Source: an uncultured virus (IMG/VR IMGVR_UViG_3300032227_002278) (lineage: Duplodnaviria; Heunggongvirae; Uroviricota; Caudoviricetes). From it: 64,000 nt of DNA. The position numbers and the translations under genes are program-made. The notes below the pieces were generated by a model that was not told the origin of the DNA, made no database searches, and saw nothing but the letters and a program-made list of their open reading frames with translations. The stretch is from IMG/VR virus record IMGVR_UViG_3300032227_002278. The stretch is one strand, 5' to 3'. This document shows positions 21,525 through 32,176 of the stretch, one piece after another. Position 1 is the stretch's first letter, and the number at the start of each line of letters is the position of its first letter.

Positions 21525-21659
21525 TTAAGGCAAAATCGGACCCAAAATCCAAAAACAAAACCTAGCCGTCATTGACCACACAACTGCTGCCAAAGGAACC
21601 CATAAAATCAAAAATAATCCTAATTGCTCAACCCAAGTCGTATCTTTGTCATAACTCAT
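21525..21659 (-). CDS. Small membrane protein (44 aa, below ORF-track cutoff)
   Basis: AGGAG RBS; MSYDKDTTWVEQLGLFLILWVPLAAVVWSMTARFCFWILGPILP. Confidence 0.55.
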   Translation of the reverse strand: MSYDKDTTWVEQLGLFLILWVPLAAVVWSMTARFCFWILGPILP

Positions 21660-21730
21660 AATTATTCTCCTACTTAAAATTTTTAAAAACAAACATAAAT
21701 AATTATAGTTTAAAACAATTGGAGTTTTTC

Positions 21731-22153
21731 ATGAACATTAAAGAAACAAAAGATTATATGTTATATTTGGCTGGTATAATAAACGAAAGCCAAATAACAA
21801 ATAAGTTATTAATGGAATGTTCATGTGGTTGCGGTGGTATGGGCGGTTGCGCTGACATGGATGCCCTTGCAGACGAAGCAGACGAAATGGCTGTCCTTGT
21901 TAAGAATCAAGAAGAAGAACCAGAACATGAAGATTCTGAAGATATGACACCACAAGATGATGGTGTTCAACACTATATGTTCTTTAATAATCTAAAAACA
22001 ATTAAAGATCGTGTAGACCATATGTTATCAATGTGCCCCCATAAAGTAGATGCAATGCTAAAAAATGGTCACGATTGGGCTAATGATCATATCGCTACTT
22101 CTAAAGATGATGTAGAAGAAGTTTTTAATTGGCTAACCGCAGAAATGCGCTAG
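21731..22153 (+). CDS. Hypothetical phage protein
   Basis: GGAG RBS, ATAAATA box upstream; CSCGCG and HDWANDHI segments. Confidence 0.7.
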   Translation: MNIKETKDYMLYLAGIINESQITNKLLMECSCGCGGMGGCADMDALADEADEMAVLVKNQEEEPEHEDSEDMTPQDDGVQHYMFFNNLKTIKDRVDHMLSMCPHKVDAMLKNGHDWANDHIATSKDDVEEVFNWLTAEMR

Positions 22154-22174
22154 TGCTTCTATTCCTAAACAACA

Positions 22175-22642
22175 TCACTTTTTGTTGGGCTTTTTCTTTG
22201 TTGTTGATTTGATCTTTCTGAAATCCCACGGAGGTGTTGCAGAAAGATCTGACCACAATCCCAACTTATTTCTCCTAGCATATATTTCAGCTTGTCCAAA
22301 TTCATAATCTTTTGAATATTCCCTATACCACCAAGCATAACCATCTTTAACCATCTCAAGATTTATATTATTGTTGCCAACCTTAATAGTTCCAATATAA
22401 CGACCATACCTGTCTTTGTTTGTCACATAAACATCTACTGTCTTTCCAAAAACCTTTTCGCTTAACATTATTTTTGACCTTGAACCAAAAGCTTGATTCT
22501 TTTCTGGAGCATCTATATCAGCTAATCGCACTTTCTTTTCTACATTGTCATGTAGAATACCCAAAGTATCTCCATCTGTTACAGATACAACTCTTCCAGA
22601 AAAACTTTGATTGAATAATAGAACAATTAACAAAAATTGCAT
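22175..22642 (-). CDS. Thermonuclease (SNase) family, signal peptide
   Basis: DGDT, VRLADIDAPE, DRYGR, GLW. Confidence 0.92.
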   Translation of the reverse strand: MQFLLIVLLFNQSFSGRVVSVTDGDTLGILHDNVEKKVRLADIDAPEKNQAFGSRSKIMLSEKVFGKTVDVYVTNKDRYGRYIGTIKVGNNNINLEMVKDGYAWWYREYSKDYEFGQAEIYARRNKLGLWSDLSATPPWDFRKIKSTTKKKPNKK

Positions 22643-22650
22643 AAAAACTC

Positions 22651-23211
22651 CTAAAGTTTGTTCTTGGCATCTTTCAAAACAACATTTGCTTTCTTAAAAG
22701 CATTTCCAAATTCAATATCATTTGCTTTTGTTGTTTCAGGCAATAAATTGATGCAATCATTAATTGCATTCTCAAGTTCTTTTATTTTCTTGGGAGCCAC
22801 CGAATACAACAAGTCAACTTTAACATAATCAATATGCAGGTTCTTAACAAACGCAGTTATATACTTCTCAACTTCTCCCGTCTTGTTCTTCAAATCTTGT
22901 AACATCCTGTCTCTATATTCTTTATTCCTCTTCTCTGTCTGTAAAGCTAAATCCAAAGCTTGTTCGGCTTTTAACTTATAAGCTTGAGCTTCAATTAAAT
23001 TAGCAGAAGCCATCTCATATAAAGAATCAGATGATTTCTGTTTTTTTAATTGCTCATACTCCAAATACAAATCTTTTTTTTCTTTAGATAAAGAAGAATA
23101 ATTCTCATTAAGTCTCTTAAAGTCTTTTTGAGAATATAAAACAAATAGCAAAGAAGGAAACAAAGTAATGAAAATGATTAACTTTGACTTAATGCTAATC
23201 ATTTGCTGCAT
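22651..23211 (-). CDS. Membrane-anchored coiled-coil protein
   Basis: N-terminal hydrophobic helix plus coiled coil. Confidence 0.6.
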   Translation of the reverse strand: MQQMISIKSKLIIFITLFPSLLFVLYSQKDFKRLNENYSSLSKEKKDLYLEYEQLKKQKSSDSLYEMASANLIEAQAYKLKAEQALDLALQTEKRNKEYRDRMLQDLKNKTGEVEKYITAFVKNLHIDYVKVDLLYSVAPKKIKELENAINDCINLLPETTKANDIEFGNAFKKANVVLKDAKNKL

Positions 23212-23675
23212 TCCTTAATTACTTTTTCTTGAATTATATTACTTTTCAATAAGTCTTCTTCAAACTCTCCCCATAAGCCTTCAGTAACTATAAGATTATT
23301 CATCTTGTAGCCTTTTGAAATAGCCCATACTTCAAAAGCTCCCAAGGTATGACCAAGAGATTCTGTGGTAATACCTTCAGGAAGACCTTGTTTAATATGT
23401 GTGGTTACAAAAAGTTCTGATGTAAACCCAGATTCCATAATCTTTTTACAAAAACTAACAGCTTCTGGAATAAGCCAAATAGGTCTTGGATCTTTATCAA
23501 ATCCATAAATTGCACAAACAGCAGGTTCGTTTTTGTTTTCAGGCTTTTTGATTCTATCTTTATATGCCGTAACAGCAGCAAGCTTGATGTCATCTTCAGA
23601 CATAGATGAATCAAAGTTGTAAACTCTCAAGACCATACTCTTTTTCTCAGCACTCATTGCAATTCTCCCTTTCAA
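23199..23675 (-). CDS. Hypothetical protein
   Basis: Translationally coupled ORF. Confidence 0.6.
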   Translation of the reverse strand: MKGRIAMSAEKKSMVLRVYNFDSSMSEDDIKLAAVTAYKDRIKKPENKNEPAVCAIYGFDKDPRPIWLIPEAVSFCKKIMESGFTSELFVTTHIKQGLPEGITTESLGHTLGAFEVWAISKGYKMNNLIVTEGLWGEFEEDLLKSNIIQEKVIKECSK

Positions 23676-24454
23676 TTAGAATCAACCACATTCAGACTAA
23701 TACGCTTGGGACTAAAATCAGGCCAGCTCAAATATGTCTTACCCTTAAATTCAGCTTTGTTAGTGCCATTCCTACCCGAAGTCTGCTTAAAGAAGAAAGT
23801 AGTATTGTAAGCCTTGCATTGCTCCATAATCTCTTCAACCCACTCATCTTGCATAACAATAAAGTTATTGCCAGTAGAACTTTCTCCACCAACAATAGCC
23901 CACTCAATATTAGAAAGATTGACCTTTCCAACAGAACCAACCAAAGGCTCCATAGAAGTCCATCTCAAACCGCCCCATTCAGGAACAGATCTCAAATCAT
24001 CAAGCCTGTATACATTATCAGAATTTTCTACAGATACTCCCAAATGAATATGACTGTATTTCCCACTAAAGAAATCACTTGGCAACATCGATTGAATAAG
24101 ACTACTTCTCTTAGTCAAAATAAGCCAATTCAAATTCACACATTCCCTAATAATATTCCACCAATATTTCCTCACATCAACCAAAGCCTCATGATCTTCA
24201 AAGAAATCACCAAGACTCAAACAGAAAGCAGTTCTCTTAACCCCATCTGCCTTGGCTTGCCTATCGAAAGCTCTTGCACTATCTTCAGCCCCAATAGCAA
24301 TATCCCTTCTTTTACCTACGCCCCAAACACCCCTCTTGAATCTTATTGATTGTCCTTCCGCATAGCACTTGGCACAACCCTTAGAAACCTTAGCACAACC
24401 CATCCAAGGGTTGATCGTATGATCAGTCCACGCAATACCAGTAGTTTTACCCAT
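23672..24454 (-). CDS. DUF5131 (phage Gp37/Gp68) radical-SAM-like protein
   Basis: IAWTDHTINPWMGCAKVSKGCAKCYA, LTKR, SMEPL, IVGGES, FFFKQ. Confidence 0.9.
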   Translation of the reverse strand: MGKTTGIAWTDHTINPWMGCAKVSKGCAKCYAEGQSIRFKRGVWGVGKRRDIAIGAEDSARAFDRQAKADGVKRTAFCLSLGDFFEDHEALVDVRKYWWNIIRECVNLNWLILTKRSSLIQSMLPSDFFSGKYSHIHLGVSVENSDNVYRLDDLRSVPEWGGLRWTSMEPLVGSVGKVNLSNIEWAIVGGESSTGNNFIVMQDEWVEEIMEQCKAYNTTFFFKQTSGRNGTNKAEFKGKTYLSWPDFSPKRISLNVVDSN

Positions 24455-24545
24455 TTCAAAACTCCCTTATTAAAATTTAAAAACAACCCCCACACCTACA
24501 CTTTAGGACGGCAAAAATAACAAACCACAAATGTTATTATAATTT

Positions 24546-25421
24546 TTAAAAATTTTTGGAAGCTAGGAAAACCCTAAAAGAATAATTCTCAGATGTTGCT
24601 CTCCATTTAGGAAGAAGCCTCCAATCCCCTTCTCCTCTACTAACTCCTTGAGGATAAGGTTCCATTTTAACCTTCTTGCCCAAACAATTATTTGGCACAT
24701 AACCTTCTAATTCAGGATATGCCTTTATATCTATAGAACATAAAACTTCATCAACAACACCCGAACCAAAAAGATGAACTTTAGATCTTCTTTTTTCTAG
24801 TTCGCTTAATTTATATTGCAGACCCTTTATAATATAAATTTTATCTTTTTTATCTTTTTCTACAACATCTGGTTCTTCATTGTTTTTAATTTTCTTTATT
24901 GTTGGAGTCAAAGAATATAATACTGTTTTAACTGGATAGTATCTGTAGTCTTGTTTGCCTCTCAATAATAGATTTTTGTCAAAAGTTGATGTTGGAATAT
25001 GAACAAGCGCTTTTGTTATTTTGGTCCCATAATTCTCTAAAGCGCTTTCTGGAATTCTACCGTAAATTTTTCCCAAAAATTCCTTCATGGTAGAATCTTT
25101 TAAAATGTCTAATCTCCAAGGTTGCCAAATAGAAACTTCCATATAGTCTTTTCCAAAAACTGGAGAAACTCTTGCTAAATAAACATCACCATATTGCTGA
25201 TAATCCCATCTGGATGGAATTATTATTAGGTCTTCTTCTGGGTTTTCTTCTTTGTATCTTTTCAATATTTGTTTTTTATTGTCATATCCTAAATTGCGAA
25301 GCATATCAGAATGAACTTTGTTTCCTGATATTTCAAAATATCCATTACTTGGAATAAAAAGTATCGTAAATGAGTGTTTTAAATTCATTCCATCAGGACT
25401 CTTGTCTGGCAAAGTGCTCAT
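24546..25421 (-). CDS. Hypothetical protein
   Basis: 291-aa ORF with ATAAATAAAT upstream. Confidence 0.65.
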   Translation of the reverse strand: MSTLPDKSPDGMNLKHSFTILFIPSNGYFEISGNKVHSDMLRNLGYDNKKQILKRYKEENPEEDLIIIPSRWDYQQYGDVYLARVSPVFGKDYMEVSIWQPWRLDILKDSTMKEFLGKIYGRIPESALENYGTKITKALVHIPTSTFDKNLLLRGKQDYRYYPVKTVLYSLTPTIKKIKNNEEPDVVEKDKKDKIYIIKGLQYKLSELEKRRSKVHLFGSGVVDEVLCSIDIKAYPELEGYVPNNCLGKKVKMEPYPQGVSRGEGDWRLLPKWRATSENYSFRVFLASKNF

Positions 25422-25465
25422 AATTTATTTATGATTCTATACATATTATTACAGGGGGAAATATT

Positions 25466-28093
25466 ATGCAATTTAGATTTAAATTACCGACACTACCACC
25501 TTATTTACAAATGGACCCAGTCAGACTTGATGGCAAGTCTGTACAAATTGATGGATATATCGAAACTGTAGATAACTTTGGATACAGAAAGATATCAACT
25601 CCTTCTGACGGAATTGTATTTTCTGATAAGCCCCAAACCTTGGCGGATGTACTTGGCTCTTCATTGCAACAAACCTCAACTTATAAACTATATGAAAATG
25701 GTATTAATGTATATACAGATGATCATGTTCAATATGCTGTAACAAACTCTGCTTCTGACAATCTTTCTATAGATTATTCCATAGAAGGCGATTTTAAAAT
25801 AATAACAATAACATTGCCAACTTCTATTATTTTAAATAACTTTGCTGAAAAAGTTAGATCTGCACCCAATCCAGCATTAGTTAATATGTACCAAGATTTA
25901 GCAACTACTGGATATAAACTAAGATATGCAACACCAGATTTTGCATCTATGGGTTCTCCTTCTGAATTAATATGCGAATTCATGTCTTTTAAAGTGTTTA
26001 GCTACAATAGAAATGAAATTATTGAAGCTTATATTTGTACTAAACAATATGCTCCAACATGGGTTTATCCAGGTCCCGACCCATCAAATCCAACTAAATT
26101 CTTAGATTTATTAGGAGCTGTTACACTTGATTTTACTTCTACCACTACCACCACAACTACTACTACTTCTACCACAACTACTACTACCACCACAACAACA
26201 ACATCTACAACCACCACTACACCTATTCCTACAACTACAACAACTACTTCTAGACCAACAACAACCTCAACTACAACGACAGCGGCTCCGGGTGCTGGTG
26301 GTAGATTGCCACAACCATCACAATCACTTTCTTACAATGGAATTACTTTGACTGGCAGTGGTTCAGGTAGTAATTATGCCTCACCATTTACCTATTGTTC
26401 AGTATCCATGCCTGCTAATTCTATGATTCTTGGAAATGCTGGAAGTGGTACTTATACGCTTACATTCTCTTTGCCTGTAAACAATATTCAAATTTTAGGA
26501 TCAGGTCAAAATTTTGGAGAAACCTTTACATTTTCAGTCAATAATGGCACATTGACTACAAGTCTAATCCCCGGAATTGGTTGCAATGCCACTTTAACTG
26601 GAAATACTGTAGGTAATTCCAGCGTTGGTTCTTTTGGAGCAACGCTAGCATCAACATCAGATTACACATCTTTGTCTATAACATTCCCCGGCGGTGGCGG
26701 CGGCACATTGTTCTCAGTTATAGAAAGCTCTGTTGTTTCTGGAGCAACCACTACTACACCTGTTCCAACAACCACTACAACCACACCTGCTCCAACAACA
26801 ACTACTACTACAACTACAACAACAACAACAACTACTACAACAACAACTACTACACCTGCTCCAACGACCACAACAAGCACAACTACTACAACTACAACCA
26901 CAACAACCACCACAACTACAACCTCAACAACTACAACCTCAACAACTACAACCTCAACAACTACAACCTCAACAACTACAACCTCAACAACGCCCGCACC
27001 AGACCAAGCATATTCATTGTTTGGATGGGGAGAAGGTAACCTAGGAAATAATCGTTCTGCTGGAGCCCAATCGCCAACTCAAACAGTTTCTGGCGGAACA
27101 AATTGGGGAACACCTCCAAAATGCTCTTATGCACAACACTATGCCATATTGAAGAAGGATGCAACACTCTGGGCATGGGGCACTAATAGTGCAGGAGAAA
27201 TTGGTAATAACACAACAACAAATAGAAGTTCTCCTATTCAAATTGCTGCCCCCGCAGGAGTTACATGGAATGCTGTAAATATGGGATATCAAACCACATT
27301 TGTTATAGACACAACCGGCGCATTGTGGGGATGGGGCAAAAACAACTTTGGTCAGTTGGGCATTAGCACTACAATAAATGTAAGCTCTCCTGTTCAGATC
27401 AGCGCCGATACAACATGGAGTTCTATTGTAGCAGGCAATTTTGCTACTTATGCAATTAAGAAAAATGGAACTTTATGGGCATTTGGATACAATGTACAAG
27501 GACAAATCGGAGATGGAACAATAGTAAACAAAAGCAGCCCAGTTCAAATTGGCTCTGACACCACATGGTCACAAATAACTGCTGGTCAAGGACACGCATT
27601 ATCAATTAAATCAGATGGAACTTTGTGGGCATGGGGAGCAGGGTCTAACGGTTCCCTTGGAAATGGTACAATAACACATAGAAGTAGCCCCATTCAAATA
27701 GGAACTGATAATACATGGTCTTTAATACAATCAACTGGATTTGGCGGAGCAGCTTTGAAAACAGATGGAAGCCTATGGTGCTGGGGCGGAAATACAAATG
27801 GCTCTCTAGGAGATGGAACAACAGTTCACAGAAGTAGCCCAATTCAAATAGGATCTGATACAAATTGGACAGATATCGCTGGAGGACAGTACTCTGTAGT
27901 TGCACTAAAATCAGATAAATCATTATGGCATTGGGGTTACGGCGGTTCAATGGGCATAGGTGTAAACTCTGCCAGAAGCTCTCCAGTTCAAACACTCAAA
28001 GCAGATACTTTATGGATTTCAATAGGCAGCAGCTTAAGAAACTTCTTCTGCATTAGAGGTGTTACAACTACCACTACACCTGCTCCAGGTTGA
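25466..28093 (+). CDS. Thr-rich, RCC1-repeat protein (putative fibre/adhesin)
   Basis: Poly-Thr linkers; about 6-7 repeats of LWxWGxNxxGxLG...SSPxQI. Confidence 0.85.
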   Translation: MQFRFKLPTLPPYLQMDPVRLDGKSVQIDGYIETVDNFGYRKISTPSDGIVFSDKPQTLADVLGSSLQQTSTYKLYENGINVYTDDHVQYAVTNSASDNLSIDYSIEGDFKIITITLPTSIILNNFAEKVRSAPNPALVNMYQDLATTGYKLRYATPDFASMGSPSELICEFMSFKVFSYNRNEIIEAYICTKQYAPTWVYPGPDPSNPTKFLDLLGAVTLDFTSTTTTTTTTTSTTTTTTTTTTTSTTTTTPIPTTTTTTSRPTTTSTTTTAAPGAGGRLPQPSQSLSYNGITLTGSGSGSNYASPFTYCSVSMPANSMILGNAGSGTYTLTFSLPVNNIQILGSGQNFGETFTFSVNNGTLTTSLIPGIGCNATLTGNTVGNSSVGSFGATLASTSDYTSLSITFPGGGGGTLFSVIESSVVSGATTTTPVPTTTTTTPAPTTTTTTTTTTTTTTTTTTTTPAPTTTTSTTTTTTTTTTTTTTTSTTTTSTTTTSTTTTSTTTTSTTPAPDQAYSLFGWGEGNLGNNRSAGAQSPTQTVSGGTNWGTPPKCSYAQHYAILKKDATLWAWGTNSAGEIGNNTTTNRSSPIQIAAPAGVTWNAVNMGYQTTFVIDTTGALWGWGKNNFGQLGISTTINVSSPVQISADTTWSSIVAGNFATYAIKKNGTLWAFGYNVQGQIGDGTIVNKSSPVQIGSDTTWSQITAGQGHALSIKSDGTLWAWGAGSNGSLGNGTITHRSSPIQIGTDNTWSLIQSTGFGGAALKTDGSLWCWGGNTNGSLGDGTTVHRSSPIQIGSDTNWTDIAGGQYSVVALKSDKSLWHWGYGGSMGIGVNSARSSPVQTLKADTLWISIGSSLRNFFCIRGVTTTTTPAPG
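26921..26990 (+). repeat. 15-bp tandem repeat ACCTCAACAACTACA within the Thr linker
   Basis: Four full copies plus a partial copy. Confidence 0.8.
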
Positions 28094-28142
28094 TATTTCA
28101 GCAACCGCTGCTGGATTCCACACCACAAAAGCTTAATTAAAC

Positions 28143-28179
28143 AAAAAGCCTCTGCTAGTTTTCTAGCAGAGGCTTTTTT
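28143..28179. terminator. Bidirectional intrinsic terminator
   Basis: AAAAAGCCTCTGCTAG-TTTT-CTAGCAGAGGCTTTTTT. Confidence 0.85.
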
Positions 28180-28198
28180 CTCTCTCAAAAAACTTCTC

Positions 28199-29134
28199 CT
28201 AATCGTCTTTTATTACCTTTCCAACACACTTATCTAACATTCGAACACATTCAGATTTTATAATATTCGAAATTTTATCAAAATCACCCTGAACCATAGG
28301 TTTTAACATCTTACTCTCATCATAAAACTTATTAGGTGCTACTTTAACACGACCATTCTGCGCTATCAATCCTATCAAATCACGACAAAATTCATCGTCA
28401 CCCCTATATCCACCCAAATGATTCATAGGATCTGCACTAACTAAAGCAGGCTTAGTATGGAAAATAGTATACTTGTTCCCAGTCTTACCAAAATAAGAAC
28501 CCAAATCCCTCATTAACTTATATTGAAATTCACTAAAAGCATTGTCGTTAAAATCCATACTACTAACCGCATGCCCCAAAGTATGAAAAATCATATACCT
28601 AGTCAAAATGTCCTGCCCAGCATTCCCAATCTTTACATATGTTATAACTTCAGGAGTAGGCTCAATACTTTCCCAATCCTTCTCACCAAATATAAACTTT
28701 ATTTTATAATCTAACGGATTCCTATTCAAAACATCTTCTACTTGCTTCCTCAAATTAGAACTATTCAAAGCATTAAAATCATACTTGCTCAAAGGTAAAT
28801 CATAACCAGAATACATCATATCCGGAGAAACTACCGCAGCATATATGCTCTTTTCCAACTTGCCAATGTCTATACCAAGCTGCTCTCCATGATACTTTAG
28901 TCGCTCAATATAATCTTCAGACCTGCGAAATTGACTCATCGCATCCGATGGAGATGTAGCCATTATATAAGCCTTAACATCACTAGGCGTTATATTGTAA
29001 TCAACATTCTTCTTCTTCTTGTCGTCGGTTAATACCCGATGCAATGGCGTATAAAAACTATATGGTCTCTTATCTGTTACATTAAAACCAGCTAATGATG
29101 CCATCTCTTTTAAATATGAATAAAAATCAATCAT
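28199..29134 (-). CDS. Hypothetical protein with HExxH-like segment (HTLGH)
   Basis: 311-aa ORF, MIDFYSYLKE N-terminus. Confidence 0.6.
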   Translation of the reverse strand: MIDFYSYLKEMASLAGFNVTDKRPYSFYTPLHRVLTDDKKKKNVDYNITPSDVKAYIMATSPSDAMSQFRRSEDYIERLKYHGEQLGIDIGKLEKSIYAAVVSPDMMYSGYDLPLSKYDFNALNSSNLRKQVEDVLNRNPLDYKIKFIFGEKDWESIEPTPEVITYVKIGNAGQDILTRYMIFHTLGHAVSSMDFNDNAFSEFQYKLMRDLGSYFGKTGNKYTIFHTKPALVSADPMNHLGGYRGDDEFCRDLIGLIAQNGRVKVAPNKFYDESKMLKPMVQGDFDKISNIIKSECVRMLDKCVGKVIKDD

Positions 29135-29144
29135 ATTGTATCTA

Positions 29145-29501
29145 TTAGCGAGAAACTAAAATAGATGACCTAAGACTCCACTCCTTCGTATTACCACCCT
29201 TTAACTTCCTAGCCCAAAAATTACTAGCAGTATTCCTTCCCCTAGTTATAAACCTGCGACTATTATCATTAATAACACCATGCCTAATATACTCGTCTAC
29301 AAAAAAATCTCTCCCATTATGCATACAACCCACTAACAAATAACAAAACTCCCCACCCACAAATTCCAACTTAACAGCCCTCTCCAATCGCTTACAACGC
29401 ACCAAAATACTAGCCAAAGGATACTCTTCCAAAATTTGATTAATTTTTAAAACTACGCCTTCCATGAAAAATTCCTCCTGCCAACAATATAAATAATACA
29501 A
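29145..29501 (-). CDS. Hypothetical protein
   Basis: ORF; probable start at MEGVV after AGGAGG. Confidence 0.55.
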   Translation of the reverse strand: MYYLYCWQEEFFMEGVVLKINQILEEYPLASILVRCKRLERAVKLEFVGGEFCYLLVGCMHNGRDFFVDEYIRHGVINDNSRRFITRGRNTASNFWARKLKGGNTKEWSLRSSILVSR

Positions 29502-29550
29502 AAATCAGATCAATAGAAAAGTTGATCCATCCGTTAAAATGATCGAAACC

Positions 29551-30396
29551 TTATTTTCTAGTTATTACTAATTCATTTTTAGTATACGCAGTTCTTCCAG
29601 ATATATTACTTTTCATTTGCAGCCTGTTATCATTTGTTATTACATCTATCTCCGCCCAATCATATAAATTTCTTATAAAATCACAATCATCATATGATAA
29701 TACAAATTTTTTATCACTATTTTTCAAACAATTCGCTAAATCAATATGTTTCTGATCGTCAAAATAATAATAATATAAAGATTTACCCTTCTCATAATAA
29801 GGAGGATCTAAATATAATAACACATTATCAAAATTGCAATTACTAATAACATCTCTAAAATCCCAATCAGTACAACCCACATTTAAAAAACTTTTACCAT
29901 TAAACAAATTTATAAAATTTCTAACCTTTTTTTCTTGATAATTAAGGTTCCAATTTGTATCTATCTTATCCTTCTTATCTTGATTGTTGCCGCCTTGAAC
30001 GCCTCCCCTTAAACCCAATCCACTATAACTACATTGATGTAACATAAGCTTCTTTATACCAATGTCAACTATATCCCAAGAATTTGTAGGCATAAATTTT
30101 AAATTTGATAATTCATCTTTAAATTTAAAAAACAATTCAACAGTAGGTTTGTAAAAACTTAGCCTTCTTATAAATTCATCAGGATATCTTATATATGATG
30201 TCCAAATACATGCTATCCCTGGATCTTTATCATTTATCCAATAATTATTAACAATACTATATTGCATACAAAATTTAACCGTCATAGTTAAACCACCAGA
30301 AAATACATCTACAAAAATAGTTTCACCTGTAACAAAATTACCCAAAATATCAAATATTTTATTAGCTATATACGATTTGCCACCAGGATAACGCAT
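29551..30396 (-). CDS. D12-class DNA adenine methyltransferase
   Basis: RYPGGKS, DVFSGG, YLDPPY, LSYDD. Confidence 0.9.
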   Translation of the reverse strand: MRYPGGKSYIANKIFDILGNFVTGETIFVDVFSGGLTMTVKFCMQYSIVNNYWINDKDPGIACIWTSYIRYPDEFIRRLSFYKPTVELFFKFKDELSNLKFMPTNSWDIVDIGIKKLMLHQCSYSGLGLRGGVQGGNNQDKKDKIDTNWNLNYQEKKVRNFINLFNGKSFLNVGCTDWDFRDVISNCNFDNVLLYLDPPYYEKGKSLYYYYFDDQKHIDLANCLKNSDKKFVLSYDDCDFIRNLYDWAEIDVITNDNRLQMKSNISGRTAYTKNELVITRK

Positions 30397-30457
30397 CTAA
30401 ATACCTCCACTCAAATAATTGAGTAGAAATATAATTTTTCGAAACTACATTAAAAAC

Positions 30458-31000
30458 ATGAGACTCACAGAACTTCACAAAGATCTACAAATCACACACC
30501 CAAAATCAACATATGTCACAGATATATACCAACCAATACTCACACCACTACTAGATAAAGATATCACAATATTACAAATAGGACTCACCGCAAGTAACCC
30601 AAACCTACTCTGGCACTCCTTCCTACCAAATGCCAAAATACACGGCATAGATGATAACCTCGAATTCCTACAACCTATCAACTCCTCACTAAATAGATTC
30701 ACCCTATTCCCAATTAACCCAGCCTCAGACGAAATACTAATTAACCTAAAACCAAATTCATATGAACTAATATTCGAAAATTATTCCAGCAAACCAGAAC
30801 ACCAAGGACTAATCATAGTCAATTACCACAAATACCTAAAAAATAACGGCATACTAATCATAGAAAATATACAAAAAATTGAACTGGCTATCTCACTAAT
30901 CACCATCGCACATACCACAAAATACTCAAAAATAGAACTAAGAGACTTCAGAAATATCTCCAACTCTAAAGATAATATCGCACTCGTTCTACACAAGTAA
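30458..31000 (+). CDS. Degenerate methyltransferase-fold protein
   Basis: ILQIG, IHGIDD, LKNNGILIIE. Confidence 0.55.
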   Translation: MRLTELHKDLQITHPKSTYVTDIYQPILTPLLDKDITILQIGLTASNPNLLWHSFLPNAKIHGIDDNLEFLQPINSSLNRFTLFPINPASDEILINLKPNSYELIFENYSSKPEHQGLIIVNYHKYLKNNGILIIENIQKIELAISLITIAHTTKYSKIELRDFRNISNSKDNIALVLHK

Positions 31001-31075
31001 TAATATGGATATACTATTTTTCCTCTGACTCCAAGAACAAAAAAATAAAAATAATAATTTATAAATATATAAATT

Positions 31076-31426
31076 ATGCAAACTTTCAACCAATTCCTAC
31101 AAAAAAAAATAACAAACGAAGGTATAAAATCCTTAATAGGAAATACACTACAAAAAGTCGGATCTTATATTTCAGGTACTAATAATCAAAATATAGAACA
31201 AAAATTAATACAATATCAAAACGCACTAAAAAAAACAGCAGAATCTTTCAAAGACCCATATCTTAATACACTCATCAACTTAAGACTAAAATCATTTAAC
31301 AAAGATTATGCCGCTGTTATGCAACAACAACAAAAACAAAAACAAAATCCCAAACAACAACCTCAACAAAACCAAAACCAAAATCCTAATACCATTAATA
31401 TAAACAAAATATTAGGAAGATCCTAA
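31076..31426 (+). CDS. Hypothetical protein, Gln-rich tail
   Basis: MQTFNQFL N-terminus; TATAAATA box upstream. Confidence 0.6.
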   Translation: MQTFNQFLQKKITNEGIKSLIGNTLQKVGSYISGTNNQNIEQKLIQYQNALKKTAESFKDPYLNTLINLRLKSFNKDYAAVMQQQQKQKQNPKQQPQQNQNQNPNTININKILGRS

Positions 31427-32016
31427 AATAACTTCCTAACCTTACGAAAAAACGCTATACCATTGTCCTCCATACACAACCTATCAACCTGCCACTTATT
31501 CTTGTTTATACTCTCTACTAATCCAACCGGTCCAGGATGATTCGTCGTGTCATGAAAACCTACCACACCACCCTCATTCAAATAATTAACATAACGCCAA
31601 TCATCATACACCTGATTCACACTGTGCCAACCATCTATAAATATAAAATCAAAACCCACCACTCCCAATCCCCTACACATTAACATCACTTCCTTTAAAT
31701 AACTACTGTTACTCCTCAATGTATAAATGTTCTTACTACTACTATCCAAAAAACTCTTGTCCTCCAAATCAACTCCTATATAAATCGCACTATCTAACTT
31801 CTCATCCAATAATACCCATGTACTCGACTCCCTACCATTCCTGTGAACACCTACCTCCAATATCGCTCCTCCCCTGTCCCTAACCTCCCTATAAGCACTC
31901 CTCAATCCCGCCTTGTTACACTCACTCATCTCCACAGACGCTACACGATTGTTAAACGGATAATCCCTGTCATCCCGCTCATCTCCAAAATGAAAATCAC
32001 GAATAAAATCACTCAT
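31423..32016 (-). CDS. Class I SAM methyltransferase (Methyltransf_24-like)
   Basis: ILEVGV, FIFIDGWHS, GGVVGFHD. Confidence 0.8.
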   Translation of the reverse strand: MSDFIRDFHFGDERDDRDYPFNNRVASVEMSECNKAGLRSAYREVRDRGGAILEVGVHRNGRESSTWVLLDEKLDSAIYIGVDLEDKSFLDSSSKNIYTLRSNSSYLKEVMLMCRGLGVVGFDFIFIDGWHSVNQVYDDWRYVNYLNEGGVVGFHDTTNHPGPVGLVESINKNKWQVDRLCMEDNGIAFFRKVRKLF

Positions 32017-32176
32017 AATTAATAACCCCCCTCGCTTAATTGACCCAGAAATGCCCCAAATTTAATCCACAAGACACTTTAACACTATCTACCAGACCTA
32101 CTTGCCATTTTCCTTATATCCTCCATTAAACTCAAATTCTCCTCATTCAATAACCTAATCTCCTCTTTCAAATCAC

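Noticed and set aside
23606..24349. 247-aa plus-strand ORF
   Set aside because: Antisense shadow of the DUF5131 gene.
26127..27044. Poly-Val and poly-Gln/Leu ORFs
   Set aside because: Alternative-frame shadows of the Thr-rich linker.
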